This document shows positions 9,605-23,355 of a DNA stretch of 64,000 nucleotides, one piece after another. This DNA is from Mobula hypostoma (Eukaryota). The notes under the pieces were generated by a model. The model did no database searches, was not told the origin of the DNA, and saw only the letters and a program-made list of their open reading frames with translations. The translations under genes and the position numbers were made by a program. The stretch is from assembly GCF_963921235.1 (NCBI RefSeq), contig NC_086097.1, positions 124,994,001 through 125,058,000 of the forward strand, read 5' to 3'. The number at the start of each line of letters is the position of its first letter. Positions within the stretch are counted from its first letter, which is position 1.

Positions 9605-11483
9605 AATATGGGAAAGTATCAGGGTATAAAATAAATAGGGATAAAAGTGAAATTTTACCTCTTACTAAAGGAGACTATAGTCAATGTAGATTAGCAACCC
9701 AATTTAGATGGCCGATAAATGGTATAAAGTATTTAGGTATAAGACTTGATAATGATATAAAGAATTTATATAAATTTAATTATTTACCACTATCGAAAAA
9801 AATTCAAGAAGATCTTGACAAATGGATGATATTACCAATTAGTGGGTAGAGAAAATGCTGTAAAAATGAATATATTTCCTAGATTGCAGTATTTATTCCA
9901 AACACTACCAATACAACTGCACAGAAATTTTTTCAAGAGTTAAATAAATGTGTGAGGAAATTTCTTTGGAAAGGTAAGATGTCAAGAATATCATTGGAAA
10001 AATTGACATGGAAATTTGAGTTAGGAGGGTTACGACTTCCAAATTTTAAAAATTATTATAAAGCAAATCAACTTAGATTTATTGCATCTTTCTTTGACGA
10101 ACGAAAACCGGCATGGATTAGAATAGAATTAGATAAGATAGGAGAAAATATACCCAAAGATTTTATCTGTAAATGGGAATCTAAATGGCTACAGGAAAAG
10201 AAAGAATCTCCTATATTAAAACATTTGATTGATCTATGGAATAAGATAAATGTTGATGATGAAATAAAGAAATCTTTATTAGCAAGGAGATCTTTGATCC
10301 AAAACAGACTTATTCCTTTTACAATGGATAATCAACTTTTATATAATTGATACCAAAAAGGGATGAGATCTATAGGAGACTGTTATGAAGGAGGTATACT
10401 GATGTCATTTGAACAATTAAAGAATAAATATAAAATATCAAATAACACTTTCTTTTGTTACCTTCAATTAAGGGCTCATTTAAGAGACAAACTGGGTCAA
10501 ACAATGTTTTTGCCGAAACCTAATGAAATTGAAATTTTAATTCAAAAAGGAAAAACTAAAAAATTTATTTCTTCTATGTATAATCTGATTCAAAAACAGA
10601 CACTTAAATAAGGAATCCACAAGTCAAGATAAAAATGGGAAACGGATTTGAGTATTAATATTGATGAAACAAATTGGTCAAGACTATGTCTTGACAGTAT
10701 GACAAATACAATAAAAGTTCGACTCAGATTAGTACAATATAATTTTTTACACCAATTATATATTACACCGCAAAAAATAAATAGATTAAATTCAAACTTA
10801 TCTGATCAATGTTTTCGGTGTAATCAAGAAATTGGTACTTTTTTACATTCTACTTGGTCTTGTTCCAAAATTCAACCTTTTTGGATAAATTTAAGAGTTT
10901 TATTGGAACAAATTATTGGAACTCAACTTCCACATAACCCTATATTATTTTTATTAGGTGACATTGAAGGGATAAAACCAAAACTTAAATTGGATAAATA
11001 CCAGAAAGAATTTATAAAAATTGCATTGGTAGCAGCTAAGAAGGCTATAGCAGTTACTTGGAAATTGGATTCGTATTTAGGTATGGATCGTTGGAATAAT
11101 GAAATTTTTGGCTGTATTCCACTTGAAAAAATTACTTATAATTTAAGAGATAAATATGATACATTTTTGAATATTTGGCGTCCTTATTTACAAAAGGTAG
11201 GTTGGCATATCTAGACGCTCCGATGGTAAAGATGTTGGTCCTTTGGGGAAAGTAACAAATAAATATATTAAATTTATTTCGAATCCCATGGAGCATGTGG
11301 AGACCTTCCAATATCCAGGCAGTCTTTCTTTCTTTCTTTTTTTTCCTTTTCTTTTCTTTCTTTTAGGTAGGGGTATATATTGGGGGGAAGGGTTAAGGGG
11401 AGGGGGGAGGGTAGATATTAGTATTTCATGTAATCAAGTTTGAAAACTCAATAAAAATTATATTAAAAAAACTAACATCTTGT

Positions 11484-12100
11484 TTCTGTTCACAGGAGAA
11501 GAACTTATATTTCTCAAACATGACATTTTTACTTGGCACAAAATACTCTTCAAATGTTGTCATCGGGTGTCCAATGTCAAGGCTGTCTCATCAATTTGAA
11601 AGCTGTTGTATATGTCCAAACCATCTTCACCAATTACATGCAGAAAGAGTGATGCTTTCAGTTTTCCTCTGTACCTCCAGCTCTACTCGCCGCTAAATAT
11701 ATATTGAATCGTTGTTTGAAGCATTTCTAGTTATCCGTTAGATTGCCAGTAAACTGCATAGGTATGGGAGAACTTAGGTTATTCATATCAGAATTTCTCA
11801 GGCTTCTCTCACCTGAACCTCTTGGTGATCTTCTGAACACAAAGTGCTATGCCGCCTCCTTGGCAGAGCTCAGGTCGGAAGTAGCATCTCTTTCCCGGTA
11901 GCCGATGGCATTCATTTATAGTCTGTGTCTGGACCTCATGCTGACTTCCGACACCATGCTACATCTGGTCTTGACACAAGACAAACTTGCATGGGCAAAA
12001 GCTAACACATTGTTTATTTACAGAATGGTTACAGCTCGATCATATTTTATTTTTGCCCGCCCGCAATGCACACCAGGAGATCACAGACCCCACACCACAT
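11484..12100 (-). mobile_element. 5' part of the Gypsy-like element at 1-1205: gag N-terminus, tRNA-Leu-type PBS and 5' LTR (LTR outer end approximate)
   Basis: Collinear with 48450-48730. acttccgacacca (11944-11956) resembles a tRNA-Leu 3' end and abuts TG at 11957. The following sequence shares aagacaaactt..tggg..tttacagaatgg with the LTRs at 46513 and 48921. Confidence 0.75.
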
Positions 12101-12495
12101 AAGGTTAAAGTGGAAGTATATTTACAGATGTTTTGACTTTAACTGTTGATAGAAAAAGGACTCATTACAGTTAAACCAGTCTAAATGTGCACATAAACGT
12201 TGGAGCTCATTGCTGGGTAATCGGGTGCATCGTCTTAATTACTCACATTTTGAACCCACATTTTGTGTGAAAGACACCAGCCACAGTCTGATCTTCCCTC
12301 GAAGACTGTTATATTTGAACTGACTAACTCAGGAGTATTGGTGCTTCTTCCTTGGAACCATTCGTCTGCACAAATCACTTCTTACAATGGGGTCTCTCCT
12401 TCAGACGGGGTTGTGCGTGCGTCTTCCCTTGTGCTCTTCTCCGCACCTCCTTCTCCTTCCAACCCCCTGCCAACAAAGATCGCAAGTCAACCCAC

Positions 12496-12620
12496 TGTCT
12501 CCTAGAAATCTGATGCTGCCAAGCTCTCCCGAATGTTCCATGGCATCCCACTGGACAGAATGTTATCAAGACTAACCCAACTGACTGACACAACATTCCT
12601 AAGCTGAGCAAACGACTCAT
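12496..12620 (-). CDS. Candidate host-gene first coding exon encoding a signal/prepro peptide (identity unknown)
   Basis: Lies in a non-repetitive island. MSRLLSLGMLCQSVGLVLITFCPVGCHG is hydrophobic and ends in small residues, followed by TFGRAWQHQISRR. Candidate acceptors ggtatttag|(12635) and tattttctgcag|(12691); candidate donor CA|gtgggt after 12496. Confidence 0.35.
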
Positions 12621-14488
12621 TATCTTAGCAGAAACCTAAATACCAGACTGTGAAGCTTAATTAACAGGACACACTGCGTTTTACAGAGAAGCTGCAGAAA
12701 ATAAAATACCTAACAGCACAGCAGTAGGAATACAATAAAACATGTTCTTAACTAGGTATTACATTTGATTTTGCGACCATGGGATTTGTTAAATTCAATT
12801 ATAGGCATTTTTTGTCGTTTTGACAGAATGACTTTCATGTGACTACTCAGAGTCATTGAGTAATAAAGCACAGAAACAGGCTCTTCGGCCCATCTGCTCC
12901 ATGCCAACCACAGCATACTCCCTGCTAGTCCCAGCTGTTTGCCTTTGATGCACAACCCTCCAAGCCCCACCCCACCACTTACTTAACTAAATGCCTCTTA
13001 TATCTTGCAATTGCAGCCGCCTCGACCACTTCCTCTGGCAGCTCATTCGATGTCCTCATTACCCTTTGAGTAAAGACGTTATTTCTCACATCACCTTTAA
13101 ATCTCTACACAAAAGATCCTGCAGATGCTGCACAAAGTGCCGGAGGAACTCAGCAGGTCAGGCAGCACCTATGGAGAGGAATAAACAGTTGACTTTTTGG
13201 CCAGAGACCCTGTATCAACAAGTGTGTTGCTTGGACTCACCAACCTGGGGAATGTATGACTGTCCACCTTATCCATACCCCTCATGATTTTATAATCTTC
13301 TGTGAGGTCACTCCTCATTCTCCTATGCTACAAGTACAAAACTTCAGAGTGGGTAATCTCTTTCTAGAGAGCAGACCCTCTAGTCCAGGAAGCATCCTCA
13401 GAAATCTCCTCTGTCACCTCTCCAGGTTGACAATATCAAGTTCACATTTAACCGTTGTTCAACACACGAATGAAGCCAAATGAAACAGCGTTCCTTCACA
13501 GCAAAACATGGCACATTCACACAGAGCACATTTAGTTAGAATAGCAGAAAAACATACTATTACGAATATGGCCTGTGGATTAATGATGCAGCAGCCCTCT
13601 TTGTGCCTGAATGCAGACATAGACGAATGCAATCCAACTCATCTTCCACTGAGCAAACACTGGAGGGCAGCACCAATGTAGGGGCCAGCCTCCAACCCAG
13701 CTCTCACCCACACCAGCTCTGGCCTCTCCTTTCCTGAGCAGCTGCAAGAGACAACCCTGAGGCTTAAGGGCCTGGTCCACACAACAACTGAGCCCACAAA
13801 GCTCCTGTGCTGTTGGCTTTGCTAACGAACTAGTCAACTGGTCTTGCAGTATTCTACATTAACTATGTCCAAGATCACAAGAAAAATGTCCTAGACAATC
13901 ATTTGCATTGTTTGCTGGACCGCGAGCCACCTCTGGCACTTTTTTCTCAGGTGGCTGAAGCCACTGATGACAGGTTACGCAACAAGTCCAGCTCCACGAC
14001 CATAGAGCAACTCACAAGTGGGCCAGAGCTACAGCACCTGATGTTCTCAATATGCAGCAGTGTCTTGTGATCACTCAAAAGATGCAAAGGACAAACAATT
14101 ACACCTGTCACTATCCAAGTGATGGTAGATCAGTCCCTCAGAATCCCCTCCAGTAGCTTCCCTCCAACTGAAGTCAGGCTCACTGGCCTGTCCTTGCTAC
14201 CCTTCTTGAACAATGGAGCCTACAGTCTCCAAAGAACCCTCCAGTCTTCTGGAACTTCACCAGAGGCTAATGAATATACAAATATCTCTTCAAAGGCATC
14301 CGTGATTTCTTACGTAATATGCATGTGGTCCAAGACTTCACCATGTATTACCTCATTTCTTTGGCATCCGTGACATTCTCCGTAGTAAGCATTGAGGAGA
14401 AAAAGACATTAAAAATCTCAGCCACATCCTGTGGCTACACACTTAGGTGCTCTTTGTGAGGACCAAACCACTCTCTCGTCACCCTAGC

Positions 14489-15271
14489 GAAGTGCTGATG
14501 GCACCAAACGGCGACTCCTTTGCCTGCATCTTCGAAACAGCTCTATTTCTATCTTTGATATTTTTATTTTTCTCTTTCAGGGTTCTTTTGAAGACCCTGA
14601 CCTGGAGTTACACTCTGACTTCGGTTCTTTGCAGGAATGGGACCCACTCTCAGGGCCTCACGACCGGATGCTTTTTGATACCCCAAGGATGCGGCCTGGA
14701 AGACTAGCATGCCTTCAGGGTGCCGGGATTTTGTGGCTCTGGAGAAGGGCTGATTCTAGGCTGGTGCCCCTGACTCAGGCATCGTGGGACAATACGGAAC
14801 ATCGGGAGTAGCGGGTTAGCAGCCGTGCGCTGTGTGTCCTGAGACCTGAGCTCTTTGGGCGCAGAGCTCGGAAAAACACAACAGACTTTTAACATCATAA
14901 ATCAGCGAGTTGTTTGTTATGTCTCCCCACTCGCTGTGAAACGGAGACATCTCTTTTTCCCTTATTAGGGAGAGAGAGAGCCTGTGGTATGTCAAATACT
15001 GGGTGAATAAGTAGTCTTTGGGGTACTGCAAGTCTGTCTTTATTGATGCTTTGCTGCATGCGTCAGTGCTCAGTGGGGGGGGTGCTGATGCTTTTTTGCT
15101 GGTGGGGGGGTCGTTGCTTTGCTGCTGCTTATGTGTGGGAGGGTCTTTGGGGTTCTAACATTTAACTGTCATTCATTATTTGTTTCCATGGATGTTTGTG
15201 AAGAAAAAGAATTTCAGGATGTATATTGTATATATTTCTCTGACATTAAATGTACCTGTTGAAACCTATTT
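14489..15271 (+). repeat. Probable non-autonomous interspersed repeat with a LINE-like 3' tail
   Basis: CpG-containing body with an abrupt start after a CR1 fragment, ending in ...gacattaaatgtacctgttgaaacctatt. No credible ORF. Confidence 0.35.
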
Positions 15272-15439
15272 TACTGTTAATGTAATTGAAGAATCTGCTG
15301 GAATTATCTTTAAAATTGATTACAAACTGAACTAAGTACAGAAATTCTGGATTTTTGCCAAATTCAGATTCCACTTTGATAAGAATATATAGTTAAATAA
15401 TGCTCTCTTTAAAAGTAGTAACTTTGGATTGGAGATAAA

Positions 15440-15740
15440 ACATTTGCTTTATTTGTTACAGGTACATCGAAACATTGAGTGAAATGTGTCTTTTGGGTCA
15501 AATCTACTCAGCGAGGATTGTGCTGGGCAGCCCGCAAATGTCACGACCCCTCTGGAGCCAGCATAGCATGCTCACAACTCACTAACCTAACCGTACATCC
15601 TTGGAATGTGGGAGGGACCCACGAGGTCACAGAGAGAACATATTAACTTCTTGCAGACAGTGGAGGGAATCAAACGCTGATCTTACAGCTGGCACACTGT
15701 AAAGCATTGGCGCCAACCGCTACACTATTGCGATGCCCTG
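15440..15740 (-). mobile_element. V-domain SINE (HE1-like); related copies at 26960-27270(-), 45660-45900(-), 53085-53520(+), 58430-58600(-) and 59520-59815(+)
   Basis: Shared core gtgggtttcc..gggtgctccggtttcc(t/a)c(c)cac (clearest at 59618-59651) and shared tail gggca(t/c)gctatgttgg...gacacttgcgggc. Confidence 0.7.
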
Positions 15741-16436
15741 GGGGTGACTAAAATGGATGAATAAATCTTGATTGGCAACAACTCACTGAACAATGTGTGT
15801 CTTATTTTTGTGGGATGACGCAGGTTCATGGGTGCAGACCGGTTACTCCATCATCTGGTGTGGAGGGGCCACTGCACAGGACCGGAAGAAGTTACAGAGG
15901 GTTGTAGACACAGCCAGCTCCATCATGGGAACAAGCCTCCATTGATTTGAGGACCTCCTCAAAGGGTAATGCCTCAGAAAGTGGCATCCACCACTCATTG
16001 CTACCATCAGAATGGAAGTACAGGAACCTGAAGACACATGCTCGACATTTTAGGAACAGCTTCTTCCCCTCCGCCATCATTTCTGAATGGGCAACGAACC
16101 AACCCATGAACACTACCCTGCTATTTTTTTTGCGAAAAGAAAATGCAAAGTCTCAGGGAAGTGTGTGACAAACGAACCAGAGCTCTTTGGTGGGCTATAA
16201 TCACGGCATGGAAACAAAGAAGGTGTGAAAGCAATTGAGAAACGGAACTAGAAGTCTCTCTCTTGGCAATATACCACACCATTGTGGACGGATGTGGAAG
16301 AGTTTCAGACACTTTGTGCTAATGAACCATAGTGTAACCCTAGTGCTGTCCCTTACAGGACAAAAGGAGGAAGCGTGGAAGCTGCAGCATGGCAAGTGTT
16401 AAAAGTAGTGTGTGGGCGTACAACGCAATGTCCTTA

Positions 16437-17855
16437 CTACTACTACTTCGACTCAGGCCTAGGGGGCCGGCGTCGGGCACGATGACGGACTCTCCACTTC
16501 TCCCTCTCCCTCATCAGTGTGTTCAGTTCATCTACATTAGCCGCGCCGCTGTCTTCTAGGAGCGTGTTGACCATAGTCTTGGGAGGGCGCCCAAGGTTCA
16601 TCCTCCCGTGCTTGGGCTCCCATATGATGACTAGGCTGGCAGGTAGCTTGGGGTGGCGTAGACAGTGCCCCGCTAGTTGCAGTCTTCTCGCCTCGATTTT
16701 AGTGGTGAGCATCGGTAGGTCGTTATAGAGCTCGACGTTCGTCATGTGCTGTTGCCAACTCACGTCAAGAGCCATCCGGAGCATTCATGTATGGCAACCA
16801 TCTAGAGACTTCCGCGTAGTCTTGGTGAGTGTCCACGTCTCGCATCCGTACGTGAGGATGGACTCTATGACTGCTATGAAAACCCTCTTTTTAAGCCCTC
16901 TGGTCAGGTTCAACTTCCAGATTTCCTTCATGTCGTTCATAGCCCTCCACACCAACGCCTTCCGTATCTTTATGTCCTTCTCCAAACTCATCATTCTTGA
17001 CCCGAGGTACTTGTAGTCAAAGACTTTCTTAATGGTATCATTCTTTACGGTCTTGAGAGTACCATCGTTGCAGTTAAATGCCATGTACTCTGTCTTTTTA
17101 GCATTTAGGTGAAGTCCAACTTTATTGCACTCAATTTCCACTTTTGTCAGTAGCGGCTGTGCTTCCTCCATCTGGTCAGAGAGCAGGACTATGTCATCTG
17201 CAAAATCGAGATCTGTGAGCGTAACTGGTCTGACCCTTTTGGTTTGCCCTGGTTTTGTGGTAAAACCAAGCTTGTCATGATCTTTGGTAGCTTGACGTAG
17301 AGTGTAATCAAGGACGATTATAAAGATGTAGGGTGCCAGAGTGTCTCCTTGCAGCACACCAGCTAGGAGCTCAAACACTGCTGTTTCTTCATCTGGTGAT
17401 ACAACTTCCGCCATGGTTTTGGTACAGCTGGACTCTATTGCTCTCAGTAGACGGTCTGGCACTCCGTAAGATTTCAGGATCTTCAGCAATTTACCTCAGT
17501 GAATGGAGTCAAAAGCTTTGTGAAAATCGATGAAAGTAAGCACGGCTGGTAGGTTGTTCTTCTTGACTTCCTCAATGATTCTACGGAGAGCAAGTGTTTG
17601 CATTACTGTTGTGCGCTTCTGCCGAAAACCATTCTGATTGAATCTTAGCTTAGGGTCAATGGCGGTGCGAATCCTGTTCAAGATTATCCGATTGTATAGC
17701 TTTGTAAAATGCAGGTCAAGCTGATACTGCAGTAGTTATCTGTCTTGTGAGGGATCCAGACTTGGGGACTGGGATAATGTTTGAGAGTGGACACTGTTCT
17801 GGTTTGTCGCCTTTCATCAGTGCCATATTACATATGTCCAGCAAGACCTGGATAA
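16437..17855 (-). mobile_element. RTE-type LINE, 5'-truncated and decayed
   Basis: Motifs FIDFHKAFDSIH, GVLQGDTLAPYIF, DLDFADDIVLL and ESILTYGCETW; (TAG)n tail at about 16435-16446. Candidate TSD caa(t/g)gtcctta at 16426-16436 and 17856-17866. Confidence 0.88.
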
Positions 17856-18784
17856 CAAGGTCCTTAGAAAAGTAAATTCCCCTGAGGACATTGTAAAATA
17901 CTCAAACCACCCTGTCTGGCACAATTATTCCATGGTCAAAGCCGCATAGATCCATTCTTAAGTTTGGTCTGAAAAACGACTGAACCTCTTGACTCTGTCT
18001 GTATATTTTTATGCATTGAGTTGCTGCCACATGATTGGCTGATTAGATATTTGTATTAACGAGCAGCTGTAGAGGTGTATCTAATAAAGTGGCCACTGAA
18101 TGTAGATATTCTGTTTGCTTGAAGGCTGGATTATACAATTCTAGCTTGTATTCTGATTGAAATACATCACACAGCCACCCACCTAAGTTTTGGCCCATTT
18201 GTCTCCATTTGTCACTTTTATTCACATGGCTGATGCCACACAAACCATTTCTGTGGCCAAATCGCCTCACCTATTTTTTGTTATTAATTACTTCAAGAAT
18301 CAGCTATTGTGAGCTGGGAAAAATATAAAAGGTGTTTGCATTAGGATTCTGGCACAGATTTCAAACAGCTTGTTTATAAAATGGAATTCATGGTTACAAA
18401 TTGAGTTTAGCAGCTCCAGCGTGTTTTTACAGATAATGATTTTGTAGTATTTCAGATAACCGTTGTTTGAAGGGGAGGGCATATATTTTAAGGAAAGATT
18501 GAACAAATTTGGGTTATTTGTTCTGGAGCGGTAGAAGCTAAAGGGAGACCAAGTAGAAGATTTTAAGATTATGAGAGGATTAGAGAAGACTCATAGAAAA
18601 TTTGGTACAGAAAAAGGCCCTTCAGACCATCTAGTCCATGCTGAAACTATTGAAACTGCCTACTCCCATCGAGCTGCACCGGGACCGTGCTGCTTCATAT
18701 CCCTGCTATCCAAACTTCTCTACCAGATACCAGATAGCTGGGATCTTTTTCCCAGGGTCAAAATAGCTAATACTAGAGGGTATG

Positions 18785-20421
18785 AGTCATCCGTTGTCAG
18801 CCCCCAACCAACAGATATTCCACTCTCCCCTCCTACCCCTCCTCACAGTCCCCCATCCTGCTCTCATGACTATACCCCTTCCCCACATGAAACCACCATG
18901 GCGGGCTTCACAGCTGAACAGGTGAGATGGCAGCTGAAACGTCTCAGCCCAAGCAAGGCTGCAAGGACTGGATCGTGTCAGTACCAGGGTGCTCAAAGCC
19001 TGTGCCCCTCAGCTATGTGGAGTACTTCACCATGTAGTCAACCTGAGCCTGAGGCTCCAGAGGGTTCCTGTGCTGTGGAAGACGTCCTGCCTCGTCCCTG
19101 TGCCGAAGACGCCACGCCCCAGCGGCCTCAATGACTACAGAGCGGTGGCATTGACCTCCCACATCATGAAGACCCTGGAGAGACTTGTTCTGGAGCTGCT
19201 CCGGCCTATGGTTAGGCCACACTTAGATCCCCTCCAGTTCGCCTACCAGCCCTGACTAGGAGTTGAGGATGCCATCGTCTACCTACTGAACCGTGTCGAC
19301 GCCCACCTGGACAAGCCAGCGAGCACTGTGAGGGTCATGTTTTTTGACTTCTCCAGTGCGTTCAACACCATCCACCCTGCCCCGCTGGGGGAGAAGCTGA
19401 CAGCGATGCAGGTGGATGCTTCCCTGGTATCATGGATTCTTGATTACCTGACTGGCAGACCACAGTACGTGTGCTTGCAACACTGTGTGTCCGACAGAGG
19501 TGATCAGCAGCACTGGGGCTCCACAGGGGACTGTCTTGTCTCCCTTTCTCTTCACCATTTACACCTCGGACTTCAACTACTGTACAGAGTCTTGTCATCT
19601 TCAGAAGTTTTCAGATGACTCTGTCATAGTTGGATGCATCAGCAAGGGAGATGAGACGGAGTACAGGGCTACGGTAGGAAAATTTGGCACATGGTGTGAG
19701 CAGAATTATCTGCAGCTTAATGTGAAAAAGACTAAGGAGCTGGTGGTAGACCTCAGGAGAGCTAAGGTACCGGTGACCCCTGTTTCCATCCAGGGGGTCA
19801 GGGTGGACATGGTGGAGGATTACAAATACCTGGGGATACGAATTGACAATAAACTGGACTGGTCAAAGAACACTGAGGCTGTCTACAAGAAGGGTCAGAG
19901 CCGTCTCTATTTCCTGAGGAGACTGAGGTCCTTTAACATCTGCTGGACGATGCTGAGGAGGTTCTATGAGTCTGTGGTGGCCAGTGCGATCATGTTTGCT
20001 GTTGTGTGCTGGGGCAGCAGGCTGAGGGTAGCAGACACCAACAGAATCAACAAACTCATTCGTAAGGCCAGTGATGTTGTGGGGATGGAACTGGACTCTC
20101 TGACGGTGGTGTCTGAAAAGAGGATGCTGTCCAAGTTGCATGCCATCTTGGACAATGTCTCCCATCCTCTACATAATGTACTGGTTGGGCACAGGAGTAC
20201 ATTCAGCCAGAGACTCATTCCACTGAGATGCAACACAGAGCATCATAGGAAGTCATTCCTACCTGTGGCCATCAAACTTTACAACTCCTCCCTTGGAGGG
20301 TCAGACACCCTGAGCCAATAGGCTAGTCCTGGACATATTACTATTTAATTATTTATGGTGCAACTGTAACGGAAACCAATTTCCCTCGGGATCAATAAAG
20401 TATGACTAGGACTATGACTAT
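18785..20421 (+). mobile_element. Rex1/Babar LINE (family A), 5'-truncated and frameshifted, inserted in a CR1 3' fragment
   Basis: Motifs LNDYRAVALTSHIMK, FFDFSSAFNTI, TGAPQGTVLSPFLF and KFSDD; tail aataaag(tatgac)n. The CR1 sequence rejoins across it. Confidence 0.92.
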
Positions 20422-20768
20422 GTATTTAAGGTGAGATGGGAGAAGTTTAAAGGGGATGTGCGGGGCAAGTTTTAAGGAGAGGTGGATGCCTGGAACGTGC
20501 TTCCATGTGTGATCGTAGAGGTAAATATGACAGAGGTATTTTAAAGCCTATTCGACACTGGATATCAGGTTGAGATTCAATGTATATGGAAACATACAGT
20601 GAAATGCATCATTTGCATTAGCAGAGCCAACACTGTCTAAGAATGCATTGGCGGCAGCCCACAAGTGTCACCACACATTTTTGACCCAACATTGCATGCC
20701 CACAATGTTTAGCAGAACAGCACAGAACACAACAAGCAACAAATGTAACACAAGTCTCTTCCCTCCTT

Positions 20769-20848
20769 CACACACACACACACACACACTCTCTCTCTCA
20801 CACACACGGACACACTCACTCTCTCTCACACACACACATGCACACACT

Positions 20849-20892
<44 letters not shown>

Positions 20893-20954
20893 CTCACACA
20901 CACACCCACTCTCTCTCTCTCACACTCTCTCACACACACACATGCACACACTCT

Positions 20955-20987
<33 letters not shown>

Positions 20988-21048
20988 TCACACACACACA
21001 CCCACTCTCTCTCTCTCACACTCTCTCACACACACACATGCACACACT

Positions 21049-21092
<44 letters not shown>

Positions 21093-21160
21093 CTCACACA
21101 CATGCACACACACATACACACACACATATACACACACACTCACACACACACACACACACA

Positions 21161-21218
<58 letters not shown>
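20769..21218. repeat. Compound (CA)n/(CT)n microsatellite with an internal duplication of about 100 bp
   Basis: Seen directly. The block cacccactctctctctctcacactctctcacacacacacatgcacacactctcaca occurs twice. Confidence 0.95.
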
Positions 21219-21219
<1 letters not shown>

Positions 21220-22869
21220 CCTCCAGAACAGGCCTCTGGCTCTCCGGTCTCCAGGCTTTGACCATCAGGCTTCAGCTTCTGGATTTCAGATGGACCTTTG
21301 GGCTCCGATCTCAGTATCATCCCCCAGACTAGCCGATGATGGAACTCTCAACTCCAGGCTGACCGTCAGACCAGCCCTCATGTCTCTTGCTTGTTCAGAC
21401 ATCGAATCCCAGGACCAACTTGGGACAGCATGGCTACCACAGATGTCTTTCATCACCCTTCATGTCACTGATTTTCATATGCATAGAATGGAGGGATATG
21501 GATATTGAAGGGATTAGTTAGGTATTTAATTACTTGTTTAATTAGTTAAGCACAACGTCGTCAGCTTAATGGCCTTTCCTATGCAGTATTTTTCTGTAAA
21601 TTCCACAGAGGATGTATGTTCATGTTCTTCTACTGCTGCAGCCCACTCATTTCAAGGTTTGATGTGTTATACATTCAGAGACGCTCTTCTGCACATCACT
21701 GTTGTAATGTGTGGTTATTTGAGTTACTGTCAGCTTGAACCAGTCTGGCTGCTCTCCTCTGTCCTCTCTCATTTACAAAGCGTTTTCTCCCCCACAGAAC
21801 TGCTGCTGTCTGGATGACTTTTGTTTATCGTACCATTCTCTGTAAACTCTGGGGACTGCTAGTAAGTTTCATTGATTGAGCTTTTAGCATTGTGAAATAA
21901 TCAAGTCCCACCTCGGTGACCAACTTCTGTACTAATAGGTAATTAGATGGCAAGCAGGACACAGCAACTGCTCATTTCAACAATGATTTTACATGGATTA
22001 GGGAGAATGTCTCATGAGGACGGTTTGAGCGAGCTAGGGCTCTTTGAAGCGAAGGAGGATGAGAGGCAACTTGACAGACGTGTATAAGATGATAGAGCCA
22101 TAGATCGAGTGGACAGCCAGAGACCCTTTCCCAGGGTGGAAATAGCTAATACAAGGGGCATAATATTAAGGTGATTGGAAGAAACTATAGTGGGGGAGGG
22201 GTTGTCTGAGGTAAAGTTTTTTCTGCAGAGAATGATGGATGTGTGGGTCATGCTGCCAGAGGTGGTGGCAGAGGCAGATACATGAGGCACTTAAGAAACT
22301 CTTACGCACATGGATGAAAGAAAAATGAAGGGCTATGTAGCAGGGAAGGGTTAGATTGATCTTGGGATAGGTATTAAAACTGATTATGATGCTGCAAGAA
22401 ATAAATACTTTCTTCACTTAAGAAGGTTGTGGACTATTGGAACTCTACAGTAGGGGACAGTGGATACTAGGCCATCAATTCAGTTCAGGACTATAGAGTT
22501 CAGTAAATGTTCAAACACCAAGGTAGCATATGCTACTGTATGCGAAGTTGAAGGTCTGTTATAATCACTTTGATTGGCAGAGTAGTCATTTAGCCTGCTC
22601 CTGTTCTTGGACTCTTACCTTCTTCTTCATCTCTATCAACATTCTCTTGTATTTATTTACCATCTCTTTGGAAACAAACGTAAATTAAGTTGACATACTG
22701 TACCTCCTTGATTCATTTCAAGCACATTCATGTCTTCCATGGTTCTCCACATGCTTTTTCTGCTCATACCCAAAACCATTAGCACATCTTTCTCACTTCA
22801 CGTAATGCATCCTTTTGCATCATTATCTCCTCTGCTTTGCACGTGGTTGGTTGCGAATAACCAATCTTA

Positions 22870-23355
22870 TGGCGATTTCAACGAAACTTGATGAAGGAAA
22901 GGCAGTGGATGTTGCCCACGTGGACAGCAAAGACTTTGAGAAGATCCCACGTGAGAAGTTGGTCACAAACGTTCAGTCACCTGGCATTCAAGATGAGGTA
23001 ATAAATTGGATTAGACGTTGGCTTTGTAGAAAAAGCCAGAGCGGTAGCAGATGGGTGCCTCTCTGACTGGAGGCCGGTGACTAGTGGAGTACCGCAGGGA
23101 TCGGTACTGCGTCCATTGTTGTTTGTCATTTATATCAATGATCTGGATGATAATATGGTAAACTGGATTGGCAAATTTGCAGATGTCACTAATGTTGGGA
23201 GTATAGTTGACAGTGAAGAAGGCTATCAGAGCTTGCAGCAGGATCTGGACCAGCTGGAAAAATGGGCTGAAAAATGGCAGATGGAATTGAATACAGACAA
23301 GTGCGAGGACTTGTACTTTGGTAGGACCAACCATAGTAAGTCTTACACAGTGAAC
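22870..23355 (+). mobile_element. CR1 RT fragment; other CR1 fragments at about 22000-22400(+), 39250-39590(+), 44743-45350(-), 49325-49665(-) and 54215-54790(-)
   Basis: Translates to TSGVPQGSVLRPLLFVIYINDLD...KFAD...LQQDLDQLEKWAEKWQM. Confidence 0.85.

Larger units (their letters stand above)
2964..11214 (+). pseudogene. L1 ORF2p (APE endonuclease, RT, cysteine-rich domain), disrupted and split by insertions at 4540-7192 and 7781-9604
   Basis: EN motifs SFNVNGLN, FLQETH, GGDFN and SDH; RT motifs SYRPISLLNMDYKI, LDAEKAFD, TRQGCPL and SADD; C-terminal CFRC..GTFLHSTWSC. Confidence 0.92.
1206..11467 (+). mobile_element. L1-clade LINE, full-length but decayed (A-rich sense strand), interrupted by a Penelope palindrome and a CR1
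   Basis: 16-bp TSD aaaactaaca(c/t)cttgt at 1190-1205 and 11468-11483. Contains ORF1 fragments and ORF2 EN/RT/cysteine-rich fragments, with AATAAA and an A-rich end at about 11450-11467. The flanks rejoin into the Gypsy gag sequence. Confidence 0.95.

Noticed and set aside
20648..21508. 286-aa His/Thr-rich ORF and overlapping ORFs
   Set aside because: They are translations of the (CA)n microsatellite.
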